Part shown: one piece after another, positions 31,947-45,300 of the stretch
How the letters are laid out: each line of letters begins with the position of its first letter
Numbering within the stretch: the stretch's first letter is position 1
The notes under the pieces: model-generated
Databases searched by the model: none
What the model was told of the DNA's origin: nothing
What the model saw: the letters and a program-made list of their open reading frames with translations, nothing else
Program-made: the position numbers and the translations under genes
NCBI GenBank assembly: GCA_963663545.1
Contig: OY760505.1
Location: forward strand, 3,657,867-3,721,866
From: Candidatus Delongbacteria bacterium
GTDB taxonomy: Bacteria > CAIWAD01
DNA: 64,000 bases
Direction: 5' to 3'

Positions 31947-33147
31947 AGCAATCTTCTTACTTTGCCGAATCTTTAAGAGAGATTTACGTTACTGCCTGAT
32001 AGGCTTATGAAATAAAGGTCAGCCCCAGAAATGATCCAATACCGTTTTGAGCGCATTTCCTCTATAAGGTAGTATTTCACGGCGCTTCAGCGGGGGATCT
32101 ACTTTTCTATTAATAACCGCAATAAGTTACTATTGAGATTGGATGATTGCTGTTCTATTTTTGCCAGCAAAACACGCAACCCTGGTATTGGAGTAGCCAA
32201 AAGTAGATATTGCTCTCTACTCTTTATTTTATAGTCGCTACAAAGCAATTGTTCTCAAAAGCACTTTGGATCATTTCAGCTTTGCCCCTTAAAAAACATG
32301 AAAGAGGGGCTTATCGGTTATTTACTGTTAAGTGCTTCAGGGCAAAAATATGTGTAGGGGTCGTGACCGTGATCGAAAAACGTTTCCCGGGCGAGTTTAA
32401 AGAACCGCCGGGGTGATCCACACGGCTTGGTAAGGCCAGCTTTGCAACAGTGCCTATGGGCACTGCTTCTCTTTCTTGCCGGCTCGGCGACCAAGCCGCT
32501 TTTCGTTGGACGGCGCGCCCGAGCAAGTACTGGAGGCGCAACGGTTTTGGACAGCAACCGCCGGGCGACCTGGACTGTTTGGCAACATCGACTTTGCGAC
32601 ACTGCGCATGGCCACGGCCACAGCTTTTTTTTCTCGCCGGCGTACGCTTAGTGCAGGTGGCCACAAATAATTTTGACCGGATTTTATTGACTTGCAGAGC
32701 GATTTTTGAGAAAATAAGAAAGTGGCAGCGTCTCGCCGCTGTTCTCACAATACGGCTAACAACAGCGGCGAGACGCCGCTGCCACATTATGTCTGCTCTC
32801 TAAGCCTGATTCTACCAAATCACAAGAACTTCTGTCCACCTGTACTTACTATGTAGCTTTCTATCCAACTGCCAATTAATAAATAAGTTATGATATTGTT
32901 TCTTTAACGTTTTGAAAAACAAACAGATATGTCTTTTGTCGCACATATCCAATGATTTAGATATTTTCCTGGATATGCATCTTTTATATGAGTTATTTAC
33001 TGGTTTGTTGTGTCACGATTGATTCTTCTGGGGTTTTATGAAAATCACCGGTAAATGTCAAGTCTTTTTTGAACATTTTTCCAAATAGGCAAATATTCCC
33101 ACCAATCTCGATAATTCAAGGCATAACAGATAAACGGATAACCTGAA

Positions 33148-36100
33148 ATGTCAAAATTCTTTCGGACATTTTTGGGAAATGGCACGAAGTCTGAATTTGA
33201 ACTTTTTTTGAAAGAGTTTAAAATGATCAATATCCCCCTGACAATGATAATAGCAGCTATATCGATATTTTGCAACAGTTTTTTTGAAATAAAAGAGTGG
33301 CAGCCCAAGCCGGTTCTGTATTGGGAAAGAGAAAGCGAAGATATGGTATGGAGCCGCAGACGGCGAGAGCATCGTTGCTTGAGTATATTGGGTGTCTTAT
33401 TCAAAATGGTCAATTTTGTTGTTTGGGAAGCATGGGTGCGCACGATGGTTTTGGGTTATTTGGTGTTATGCTCCCCCGCTCAAGATTATGCCGCTCAGGT
33501 AGCGATAGCGTCCCTATTATTGGCAGCGGTGAAATTGCTGTTGATGTTGGCCAAATTTTGTTTTCCCGGTTTGGTTAGGACGGATCTGTTGATGGACTAT
33601 GACCGGACCGTTCAATTGTTCTATAAGACAGTAGTTGTTGTTGCTATAGTCTTAATCCTCTCCCATTTGCTCGTCTACGGTTGGTATTGGTTGCAGGAAT
33701 TGGCGCAATCGTTGATTTCAATGGCAAAACAAGGTCTATACCATTACTTGAGCGAATATCTGGTTACGGTTGCCGGCCACTGTCCTCCCGAACAATTGAA
33801 TGAATATGGCAGTTACGAAAATCTGCTTTTTATCTATAAAAATTCGCTTCTTGCGGGGCTGCTGTTTTCTACAATCGCCAAGGCAGACATCCCGGAAGGG
33901 GAATGGATAGAAAAACTTCGAATTGCACAGGGAATCCGAATCGAAGAAAATGGCGATTACTATCGAATATGCATCGGGCCTTTCCATTGGAAATTTTTAA
34001 AGGATGACGATTTGGATCGACAAATATTTACGGTATTGCTGGCGACAGCCCGCAATGAACAAGGTGAGTTAGCCGTGACCTCCCGGCCCTTGGCCCAGGC
34101 ATTGGGCTGGTCCCACCATGATTTGGTCGGTCGATTGGTGCGGGCATGGGAAAATTCCGGCAATACTTTTCACGGCTTGCTTGCTCGGGTCAAAAATCCT
34201 TATCAAAGCAAATTGCTCAAGGCGGTGCTGGCGATATTACGCCAGGATTTTGCGCTAACCTTACTCGATATCAAGAGTCGGCTTGAAGGACATGGCGATC
34301 AATGTGTGCAGCAGGCGACAATCGGGCAAATCAAGGAAGTACTCAAAAAGATCACTTTTGAGCAAATTCACGATGAACTGCGAATTTACTGCGCCGGACA
34401 AAAGCAACAGCGAGCGACTACGATGTTCAGCAGGGACGATCACCAGGTAAAAGTAGAACGCGCGGCTTGTAGTTATCGAGTGGTATATGGCAACTTATTT
34501 TGGGAGGTCAACCGCGCTGATCGATTTGGCTGGGCCGCACTTATGCATACTTTGCTTACCGCCCGTACTCACGACAACAAAAGGATTACCTCCACCCGCC
34601 AACTGGCGGCAATGATGGGACTGGATTATCATCAGAAGTTGCAAATCGCGATTCAACGCTACCGCTGCATCGCCAATCATTTTCACAACCTCGACGAATT
34701 TATTCCAATCGAGAAGATGGGCGCGGATGAACGCTTACGCCGGGCAATACTGCAAATATGGATAGAGGATATTACCCTTACCGGTCAGCAAATATTGCAG
34801 CGGATCAACGCCAGGGCTGATTTACCCGACATCTCGATAAAAAAAGTCCGCAATTTGATGCGAGAGGTTGATTTTTGGGAGGTACGGAAGGCATTGGGCC
34901 GACAGTACCGCAAAGGAAAGTATCGCAAATCGACCGAGTGGGTAATCGACCGCTACCGCCGAATCATCAACGATCTAATTAGTAAGCTTGCCCAGGGAAA
35001 AACTTGGACCCCGGCCGAAATCGATGAATATATTGGTTCGCTTCCGGAGATGGTCCGACCCGGCTCGGCGCAAAAGCAAGGGGGAACCGGGGCGCCGATT
35101 ACTAACGCCTGGCTCAAATGCTTCTTGTTCGGCTTGCCCAAAGTCATCGACAACAAGCCGTGTTGTCCCAAATGCGGTTCGTTCAATACCTCACCCAAAT
35201 CAAGTTTGCCGAAAATTCAAATGATAAAAGACCCCGAAACCGGCCAAGAACAGCAGGTGGTTACATTTCGCTTCCGCTGTAAAAACCACGCCTGTCCTAC
35301 CCAGACGTTTTCCGCCCCACTTGACGATACCCACATTTTGGAGCAGGCGCGGTTTGCCAAAGCTTGCCTGATGTTACGCCAGGTCATGCTTTTGCGATCT
35401 CCCTATCGGGCACTCGCTGATCTTTTGGGCACCACCAAGAGCATCGTCTTTACCGAGTTGACTTACATTAGTCAGATGGCCGATCATTGGGAAGAGATCC
35501 TCGGGCCGGTGCATTTTAGCGGCACGGTCTGCATCGACGAAAAGTTCGTCAAAATCGCCGATTTCAAGAAGACCAAAAAACGGCCATTTGCTTACTTGTA
35601 TTTGGCCGTTGATCCTGCTACCAATGATTTATTGCACATCGAAGTTTTCGCTTCCCGCGACAAAGAATCGGCCGAGGCTTTTCTCATGCAGCTCAAAGCC
35701 AAGGGCATTTATCCCCAAACCATCATGACCGACCTGACCGAAAATTATGACCAACCGGCACGCCGGGTCTACGGCCGCTCGGTGACCATGGCCCGCTGCT
35801 TCTTCCATTTCAAGCAGAATATTTTCAAGCATATGCACGATCAATTCGGCAAAAAAGACCTACCTCAGATTGCCGAAAATTTGAAAGAGGCCATTTTCGA
35901 CGTGGTTGATGCCAAATCCAAAAAGACCATCAAAAAACGCTACGATGCTCTGATTCGGGACAAAGAGCAATATCTCCAGCAAGAGCCCAAGTTGGAGTCG
36001 ATGTTCAAATGCTTAGAATCTTACTATCCCCATTTAATGCGTGTCGTCGAAAACCAGCGGGTCCCGATTCGGACCAATAATCCCGTGGAACTGGTCATCA

Positions 36101-36375
36101 GGCATTTCAATCAGCGCTACAAGGCTATGAGTGGCTTTAAATCATTGGAGACTGCCAGAAGACACGCTCGCTTGTTCCAGATTGTCTATCGCTTCACTCC
36201 TCTCAGCAATGATATCGACAATCACAGCCGGCGAGGCTTTGCCCCTCTTGAACTCGCCGGATACCAGATCAGGCATATGCCCATTTTTCAATACTTGACT
36301 GCGCCATTGCTGTTCAACATCCAGCCGGAAAAAAATCTCAATCTGCTCCACCAACAGGAGTCCGATGTCGCATAA
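33148..36375 (+). mobile_element. Giant DDE transposase-like ORF (IS6/ISH6/IS256-like catalytic domain); true start uncertain
   Basis: Zn ribbon CPKC...CKNHAC; VCIDEK, YLAVD, IMTD, RCFFH, TNNPVE..IRHFNQRYKAMSGFKS. Confidence 0.75.
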
Positions 36376-36751
36376 TTTTTTCGCGCAAGTGTAGTATCCT
36401 GTCGGGCCGGTAAATCTTTGATTGTCGGCTTCCGAGGAAATCGATTTCCTGTACTGCGCCCAAAGTCTGTCCCGACATCTCCCTCACATAATTTTTCCCT
36501 CTCAAATTGCCTTTCTCGCTCATTTTCCCCAACGAAAATTTTACCCTGCCTCCTGGCACCGATTATTTTCACCACCGAGGCAGTTTTTGACTTGGACATT
36601 TGAGCGAACGCTCCCTTCGGCTCAATCGCTTATTTTGTAGACTTCTCCGGGTGGCTGGCACGAGTATTATATAATTATAAAGTTAAGCCGAAAGCCGGCC
36701 TATAAGGCTTAATATGCTAGCCTAGGACGAAGTCCTTGCTGCGCACTGGGA

Positions 36752-36833
36752 GAAGAGGCGCTAAAGCGCCCACTACGAGCTATCAATACCGCAGTCGCAT
36801 AAAGGTTCGTAGTGGGCGCTTTAGCGCCTCTTC
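36752..36833. repeat. GTAG-type REP doublet (REPIN-like)
   Basis: 27-bp perfect inverted repeat containing GTAGTGGGCGCTTTAGCGCC. Confidence 0.75.
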
Positions 36834-37328
36834 CATTTTCTCGCATATACAAGAGGCGGAAGCATCACGATTTTGTTCAACATCATCTGTTACAGCACAT
36901 ACAACTTCTATTTGGTATCTCAAATACATTGTTATTTTGAAAAAAATACAATCAACGTATTATTTCTGGATCTTTTCGAGAATGAAAACTCTAAATTTAA
37001 ACATCTCGGAGAAACATGACATTGTCAAACTATTAACTGCTTCATAAAGAGATATAGCATTTTTCTTACCGAACATCCATATTTCTCCCATATAGCCTAT
37101 ATCTGGCGTAATAGCTCTAATTATGCTAGCCAATAAGTCCTCTTTATTTTTATTCTTAGGACAACTCAATACCTCACTTGGCGGATATAATCGCTTGGGA
37201 TCTTGTTTATCTATTTCTGCTGCAAGACTAGGATTCCCCTCTTTAATAAATGATTAATTAATGGGAGCTGACTTATGTAATATAGTAATAATTCAAATTT
37301 TTTATCCTGCCAATTTTTGACAGCATTA

Positions 37329-39387
37329 TCAAATTAAAGTTAACATAGTTGAAAAAGTTTCCCATACCCCTCTTGAATAAATAGCCGAGGAATCAAACTC
37401 TAAAAATTTTCTTTTAAAATTAAAATGTAATTTTAATTCTTCGGTATCAACAGATTGGAAATGATCTTTTTTATTATACTGTAACATCAATGGACATTTT
37501 AACTTTTCTATTAAAGGATAAATTTTTGTCCATACTTCAAGGCTACTATCCAGATATTTCGAAATCGTATTCACAACAAAAATAACCCCATCGCTTTTTT
37601 GGCATATATTGTTTATTCTAATTATGGTATTTTTATCTTTTGGAATACCTTGATAATTAAATGCTAATCTAATTAATTTTATTTCACATCCTTTGATTTT
37701 ATTTGGGATTTCTGCTAAATAAGGAACTTTTCCTTGTAAGGTTAAAAATTCATAATTATCATGTATTTCTATTTCTATACTTTCGCAGTTTTTGGCGAAA
37801 GACGACCAAGAGGCTATTATTTGCGAGAGAAAGAAGGTAAAATCTCCTAATACATAGAAAAAAGGAGATAAAAAATGGATACCTTCTTTCCAGCTCTGCT
37901 ATTATCCATATTAGCAGAGTTTCGTCAATGCTTTACCAAGCCGAGCTATGAATATTTTCGGGCCTATATCTGGGCAATGATGATCAACGACTCAAGCAAA
38001 TGTCTCACAAACATAGCAGACTCGTGTTTCTTTTTAGGCAAACATTTAAGTAGCTTTGCTAGATTTTTAGCGGAAAATAAATGGGACTCATCCAAAGTAA
38101 AGAAGAAAATGGTCGAAATTTTGTTGAACCGTTTCTCTGAGCTATTCATAATCAACGGAGCATTTCTTGGCGTTGTTGACACAACTTTAGTCGCCAAGGC
38201 GAGCAAAAAGATGTTTGGCGTACAAAAATGGCATCCGAGCAGTGGAACCGCAGAAAAGATGAACGGAGTATTCGGGCACCATTGGGGAATCATAGGATTG
38301 GTGCTGAGACACCCTATTCGCTATATCTGCTTTCCGATAATAGCGCGTCTTATCCCCGGCAAAAAAAATAACCATCAGTGGATAGTCAGCCCTGACGGCA
38401 CAACAAGAGCTGCCAATTTTTGGGATGCCGCAATTGCTCTTGTGCGAGAATTAAAGATCTATCTTCCAGATACAGCCCAACTGCGTATTGTCGCTGATGC
38501 CTATTTCTCCAAAGTTCCATTCATCCAAGGACTGCGCGCACAGGGCGTTCACCTTATCACCAGATTGCGAAAAGACGCCAAAGGCTGGGATCCTTTTATT
38601 GCTCCTGTTATACCGTTGAGAAGACGTGGACGTCCTCGAACAAAAGGCACAGAGTGGAAACTCGCCAATCTGTTGAAGTATATCCGGCCTGTGGAAGTCC
38701 AAGTCAATCTTTATGGTAAAATACGTACACTTCATGTTATAGTCCGCGACGTTTACCTGAGAGATTTTAAAGACTTGGTCAGAGTCGTTGTTATCCAAAC
38801 TGAAACGCATCCTCTCTTGCTTATTTCCACTGATTTGACCCTCGAAGCGTCTCAAATCATTGAAATGTATGGCAGCAGATTTTCCATTGAAATTACTATC
38901 AGGGATCTCAAGCAACATTTTGGCTTTACTGACTACCAATGCTACTCCAGCATCGCTTTCTTCAGATTTGTGACTCTGAGTTGTGTCGCCTTCTGTTCCT
39001 GGATGATTACGCTGCTAAAAAATGATTCCTTTTTGGAGCAAGCCCCTCAAGGCAGTTTTCAAAAGACTTCTCTGATCAGTTTCAGTCGACTGAAATCGGC
39101 TCTTAAACGTTTCGTCATACAGCAAATTATTTTTCAAAGATTCAATGATCATGCGGACTTCGCAAAAATCAATGAGGAATTGGAGCCTCTTTTTCGCGTC
39201 TCTTGAAATTCGGTGGTTCTGTCATTTGGATTATTTTCAAATTCTACGTCAAAAGTGCGAAAGTATAGTCTATTTTAAAGCTAAATTTTAGTTCTGAAGC
39301 ATACTGTTTTTCAGATATTTCTTTAATTTTTTCAAAATTAGTTGTTATACCTGATAAGGCGCTTCCTAAATATGCTATTACTATCAT
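37329..39387 (-). pseudogene. MglA/small-GTPase-like gene (185 aa when reconstructed) in the immunity position, split by an IS
   Basis: ATG directly follows the RHS stop; removing the IS and one TSD restores the frame: IAYLGSALSGITTNF...DGVIFVVN...LMLQYNKKD...SAIYSRGVWETF. Confidence 0.75.
37775..39268 (+). mobile_element. Complete IS (IS701/IS4-like DDE transposase, CDS 37875-39206)
   Basis: TIR CTATACTTTCGCA / TGCGAAAGTATAG; 7-bp TSD TCTATTT at 37768 and 39269; VVDTT, VADAYF, YGSRFSIEITIRDLKQ. Confidence 0.92.
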
Positions 39388-42300
39388 TTATTTTTGTTCC
39401 TTGGTCATTACCGGCACGGCTTTATATCCTTTGGTAGGTAATCTGCCGCTCCATATATTTTTACTAAACATAGTTATACGAGTACGGATTCCACCATATC
39501 CTATGTCTACAGCCCAAGTAACTGGGTTAAGGTAGATTACTCCAGATCCAGGTTCAAAAACTTTTCCTTGCATTTCTAGCCCGGCATGGAATCCATAAGG
39601 AGAATTAGGAAGCATTTTTTCCCCCATGGGAGGCTCAATAAAGATAGAATTACCTTCCATACCATGATCATATTTTGCAGAAGTAACCCGCAAAGAACAA
39701 TCTTTAATTTTACGAAGCTGCATTGATATGGATTTCCACTTTTCTGCAATCAAAAAACTGGGAGGACAGCGCCATACTGGAAGCCTCCAGCCAAATTCGC
39801 GAATATGTTGTTTCCACGCGTATAATTGCATCGCTAATCCAGTTGATGCCGCTCCAACCTGCTCCCAATCATCGTTATAAATCCCAGTAATTATTCCTGC
39901 ACCAAGAATAAAAGGACCTGTATATGGGTTAACAACTAACGCCATTTCTCCTACGGTCTTCCAGTATGAGGTTCCCGTACTTTGTCCTTCGACAAGACGT
40001 TTGTCTATAGATTGCATCATCATACTATGAGGAAGAGTAGATTCGCCACTAAAAGTTTTATATGCATCTCTAACAAGATGAGCTGGCTCTGCAATTACTT
40101 TAGATGCTCCTATTGTAAAATCGAGAGCTTTTGGAGAAAATGTAGCTATAGCTTTACCAGCATAATACGCAGCCTCTTCTATCCAATCAGCCGGATTATA
40201 CCAAGATTGGCCATAAGAATCTAAAAAAGTTTTTGGATTACTTCCAAACCCCTCATACAAATTCAACCCATCCACATAGCCAAGCCCATCTCGACTAAGC
40301 CATCGCCCCTGCTCAGAAGAATAATAGCGGTAGCGAAAGAAAAGAAGCGAACTCTCACCATCAACCCGCCGGCTTTGGAACCCAAAGACAACAAGGGAAA
40401 AATCGTCAAATTCCTGCAATAGCCCGTGCTGATCAACCTTAGCCGCCCGACCGTATGCGGTACAGCGCAATTCCAAGACCACAGCCCCAACGGCATCGGT
40501 CAAAGCAACGATATCACCGCGATGGTTGGCATGGTAAAAATAGGTCTTAGCCACAGCAATGCCGTCATCAGCATAATAATCAACGCAAATATGCTCGTCA
40601 ATGTTGGCGCCATCGACAAATTGTCGGGTCACCTTCTCCGGCCCAAAGCTACCGCCGTCCAATACCGCCTGTTCCCGTTCTTCAATACAGGTCCAGCCAG
40701 CATAGAAAAAGTGTCGCAGCACTTGTTGCGAAGGAGTAGAAGCGCCAGGAAAGCCACTACGGGCTTTGTTAGAGATCCGCACATCTTCCAAACGTCCGTG
40801 GAAATTTTGGCTTCCTAAAACCAGCCTGGCATCCGGCAAGCGATGTACATTACCGGTTATCGCCGTCTTTTTTCTTTGTTTGACTCCGTTGACAAACAGC
40901 TTGACCTTTTTACCGTTGTATACCCCGGCCAGATGTACCCAGGTCTGCATCGGAATCGCGCTATCGCTTACGGCTCGGGCAATTATTGGCTCGGTTGCGC
41001 CCTGATCGATGAATACCTTGAATACCGCCTTGGCGGTGTCTTTGCGAATCTTTAGGATAAAGCTTTCTTGGCGATGCACCAGCCGGCATTTCACTTCATC
41101 ATCTCCGGGCTGAATATATACCCAGGCTTCTACCGTCAGTTTATCGGTAATGCTATCCAATGATGACGATGCGGGCGCGGTCAGTCTTTTTCCTGAAAAG
41201 CCGGCAGCATTAGTGCCATATAGCCCTGCCACAGTGGTGATTTTTTTACGGGGCCCGGCATTATTACCATTGCCTGAGCTATCGACTATTGGGCCGCTGC
41301 TGTTATTGAAGTGATAGAGCGCGATGGTTCGCCGATCCGACTGGTATTCACTGCCGCTGGTGTCTCCCTGGCTGACGGTTGAGGATTGGACGGTTTTGCT
41401 AATACGACGATTGAATGCATCATAACTATAACTGGCGATCAGGCTGTTATCTTCGTTATCGCGGATTTCCACCATCCGATTGGCAAAATCATAGGCAAAG
41501 GTGAGATTGCCGTCATTAGTGAGATTGCCATTGGTGTCATAAGTCTGGGTAACCCCGGCAAAGCTTAGATAGGCATTCATATTGGAGATGGTCTGGGTCT
41601 GGCTTTGACCATCGACTACGGTACTGGCCCAGTTGCCGACACCGTCGAGTTGCCAGGTCTGGCTGTTGATCGCGACGCCGGTAATGCCGTCTTTGCTGGC
41701 ATTGAGGGTGCCGCGTTGGAAATCTACCAGGCGATAGCGGGAATCATAGTGATATAGCTCGCTTAAATGGGGGTATTTCAGGTCTTGGCGATAGCTCTTG
41801 ATGTTTTCGCGGTTGTAGCCATAGCCAAATCCAGCGATTAGAGTGTTTTCTTTGAGATGGCGTATCTGAGTCAGGCGACCGAGACCGTCGTAGCCCTGGT
41901 TGATGGTGCCGGCGTCATTGAGAGTAGTCAATCGGGTGCCATTGGCATGGACTCTTTCGATTAGACGATTGCCAATGTAGTCATAGGCGGCAATCGTGGT
42001 GCTGCTGCCGTTGTTTTTTATCGTGCGCAGCCGGTTGAGCTGGTCCAGGCTATATTCTATTTTACGGCCATTGGGATAGGTCAGGTCTACTGGATCAGCC
42101 GTTTGACTCCAGTTGTAGCTTACTACTTTGCCGTTCTGGCTTTCTTCGAGTAGCCGCCCCAGCGAATCATAGTGGCGTTGCACCAGACTATCATCACTGC
42201 TATTGGCCGGATCGTTGTTATCGCCGGCTTTGGTCACTCGGGATAGGCCATCGTATTCGAAGGTTTGCACTGTGGTGCCTTTTACCCCCGCCGCCGGGGT

Positions 42301-45300
42301 GATGTCACGCCTGACTACCCGGCCTAAGGAATCAAAACTCGCCAGAATTATGTTGCCGTTGTTGTCCACTGTCCGAATTGGCTGGGAATCGGCGTTATAC
42401 TCAATACTTTTGCCGCTGCCGTCGGCAAAGATGGTCAGCACTAAGCGATTCTGGCTGTCGTAAGCATAGGCGGTGGCATTGCCTTTGTCATCGGCTACTG
42501 CTGTTACTCTGGAGTTGGCATCGTAGCTGGTGCTTTCGATTATTTTGCCATCCGGGTTGCTTGGGTTACTCAGATCTAGTTCGTTGCCACCCTGGCCGCC
42601 AAGGCGTAATTCCTGGATGGTTTGGATGCTGCGCCCCAGGCCGTCATGCACGATTTGGGTTACGTTGCCATCGGCATTGATATTGCCGACGGTATAGCGA
42701 CCTAGTGGGTCTGGCTGCTCCGGCCCTTGGGCATCGCTGGTCTTGATTACCAGGTTGCGACTGTCATAGTAGAGCCGGCGGGTGTGTCCGAGGTTGTCGC
42801 TGGTACGGATCAGGCGGTTTAGGGCATCATAGATATTGATCGTCACAAAGCTCTCCGCCGTGATTCGGCCCTGGCTATGGATTTCGGTCAACGTTGCCTG
42901 GCGCAGGTTACCATTTTGGTCGTATTCGCTCAGGGCTTGATTGCCGCCGGCGTCGATTACTTTGATGGTTCGGCCCAGGCCGTCATAGAATACCGTAGTC
43001 TGTTCTCTGGCATTTTCGGGACTGGCGTTGATCGCAAAAGTGATGCGGGAATTGCGGTCATAGTCGATATAGCTGGTGATTTTGCCATCGCTGGGGTTGG
43101 CATCGCCTTCGCTTAGTTGTACTTGCCGGGTCAGGCTAACGCCGTTGGGCACAAATAATTCTATTTGACGTTGGTAGACTCGCGATAGTTCGTCATGGCT
43201 GCTCCAGCCGCGACTTAACAGCACATTGCCACTGGGATCGTTATTGGCGCGGGTTGGGCCACCGATTGTACCGTAGACTTCGCTGGCGATTACGTTGGAG
43301 GCCGGATCGTACTGACGGCGAATTTCGTTACCGGCAGCATCTACCGTGCGTACCAGTCGGTTGAAACCGTCATAGTAGTGCGTGGTCACATCTCCCTGAC
43401 TATCGCCGTTGTTGTCACAGGCATCTACTATTCGGGTCAGGTTGCCATTTTTGTCGTAGAAATAACTATACGTCGCTGCTTGGGGAGTAGCCGGCGCTGT
43501 GGTTAGCTGGTACACCAGATTGCGTTCGTCGTACACGCTTATGGTTTTGTTGGCCGGTTCCACTCCACCTACGGCTAGAGGCGTATGCCGTTCGACGACG
43601 TTCTCATTGCTGTCGTAACGTAGTTGCGTGGTGATGGTGGTTTGGTTATCTACTCGCTGGATGGTGGCGATCACGTTATTGAGGATATCATATATATAGG
43701 TGGTCTCCAGCCATTGCGGCAAGTTGGGGTTGTTGCCGTCGCGATATTCGATTTCGGTTTTGATGACGTTGTCGTTGTAGTCATAGTAGACTCGGGTGTG
43801 ATAACCATAAGCGCTTAGGCCCGGTTCACTGGCGAAGCTGACATCGGCAGCGCGGCTGATTTCTACTACCTGGTCGAGTTGGTTGTATACTAGATGGGTG
43901 CGCACGCCACGGGCATCCTGGGTCCAGATCGGGTTGCCGCGCTGGTCGTAACCGCGACTGGACATCGCCTGTACCGGCAGACTGGTGCCGCGATAGCGCG
44001 TGGAATGGTGGTGGTCGCGGATGGTGTCTTTGAGATAGCCGCCGCTCATGGTGTCGAATGGCTGGCCGGAATTGTTGTTGTTGCTGCGGATGTTTTGGCC
44101 GTCGCCTTCGGGGTCGCTTTCTGGGTAATAGGTGAACAGCGTCACTTCGCCTTCTGGGGTTTCTACCCAGTCATATTGGCCGTATTTGTTAAAGCTACGC
44201 CGGATGACTATTTGCTGGTACTGGCCGCCTTCGCTGGCGATCTGCGGCGAGTCGGGTCGCAATTGCACTGTGGGATAACGGATCATGATGATGTTGCCGC
44301 AGATGTTATAGCTGCCGTCTTCGTTGAGATCGCCCTGGTTTAGCTGGTCTTGCACCGACGCAATGCTTATGTCGAATTTATCGAGCATCTGGCGTAAGGT
44401 ATGGCCACAGGAACAGCCGCTCGTATCCAGACCGCCTTCGAAATAGTCGGGGATATATTCGGTGGTGTAGCGGGCTGCGCTCGCGCTGCCACCATTGGGC
44501 GGGGTATAACCGCTGGCATTGCCGCGTTCTTCGGTTACTTTCCAGATTTGGTTATACACTGGCTCGTAGCAATAACTTACCTTGAGCGCTGCTTGATCAC
44601 CGCCGCGCTCGCTGTCGGGGTAGTGGGTCACCGATAGCAGGTTGCCGCGTTGAAACGGATCGGGATTGCTGGTATCGTACTCATATACCGTGCGATCTCC
44701 TTGGGGGGCGATCGTTTCTTTTAGCAGCCCGGTAGCGGTGTATTTATACTCGGTTACGTAAACCGTTGGATCGCCTGGGCGGATGCCGCGGGTCTGTTGT
44801 TCTTTCTTGATCAGATTTTTGCCGTTGTTGTAGTAATAGACGGTCTCGTTGCCATTGCGGTCGTTTACCGTTACTATTTCTCGCGGCAAATCTGGATTAT
44901 TGGGATCTACGCCGATGTTTACTTCTTGCCGGGCGTAGGCTACTGTACCGCCGGCGCTGATGCCGCTGCTGTTGGTTCCTCCCCATTGCTGGGCGATCAG
45001 GCGATCGTCGCTATCATACGTAGTTTACCGTGCTGGGCAGATTGCTAATCCCCACTTCATTGGGGCGGATCACGCTTATCAGGTTGTGATTGAGCCGGCG
45101 ATCGGCAAATCCGGCCGAATAGCTGTATACCGTGGTCTTTCCTTGCGGGAAATCATTATTGGTCGGCGTACCCGTTATTGCCGGACGGGTTACCGTCAAC
45201 AGATCACGGTTAGCGTCCTGGGTAAATATTACCTCGCGTCCGGTGAAATCTACTATCTTTGCCAGCGTGTTTTTTTGCGAGTTATAGTAGTAATGTATCG

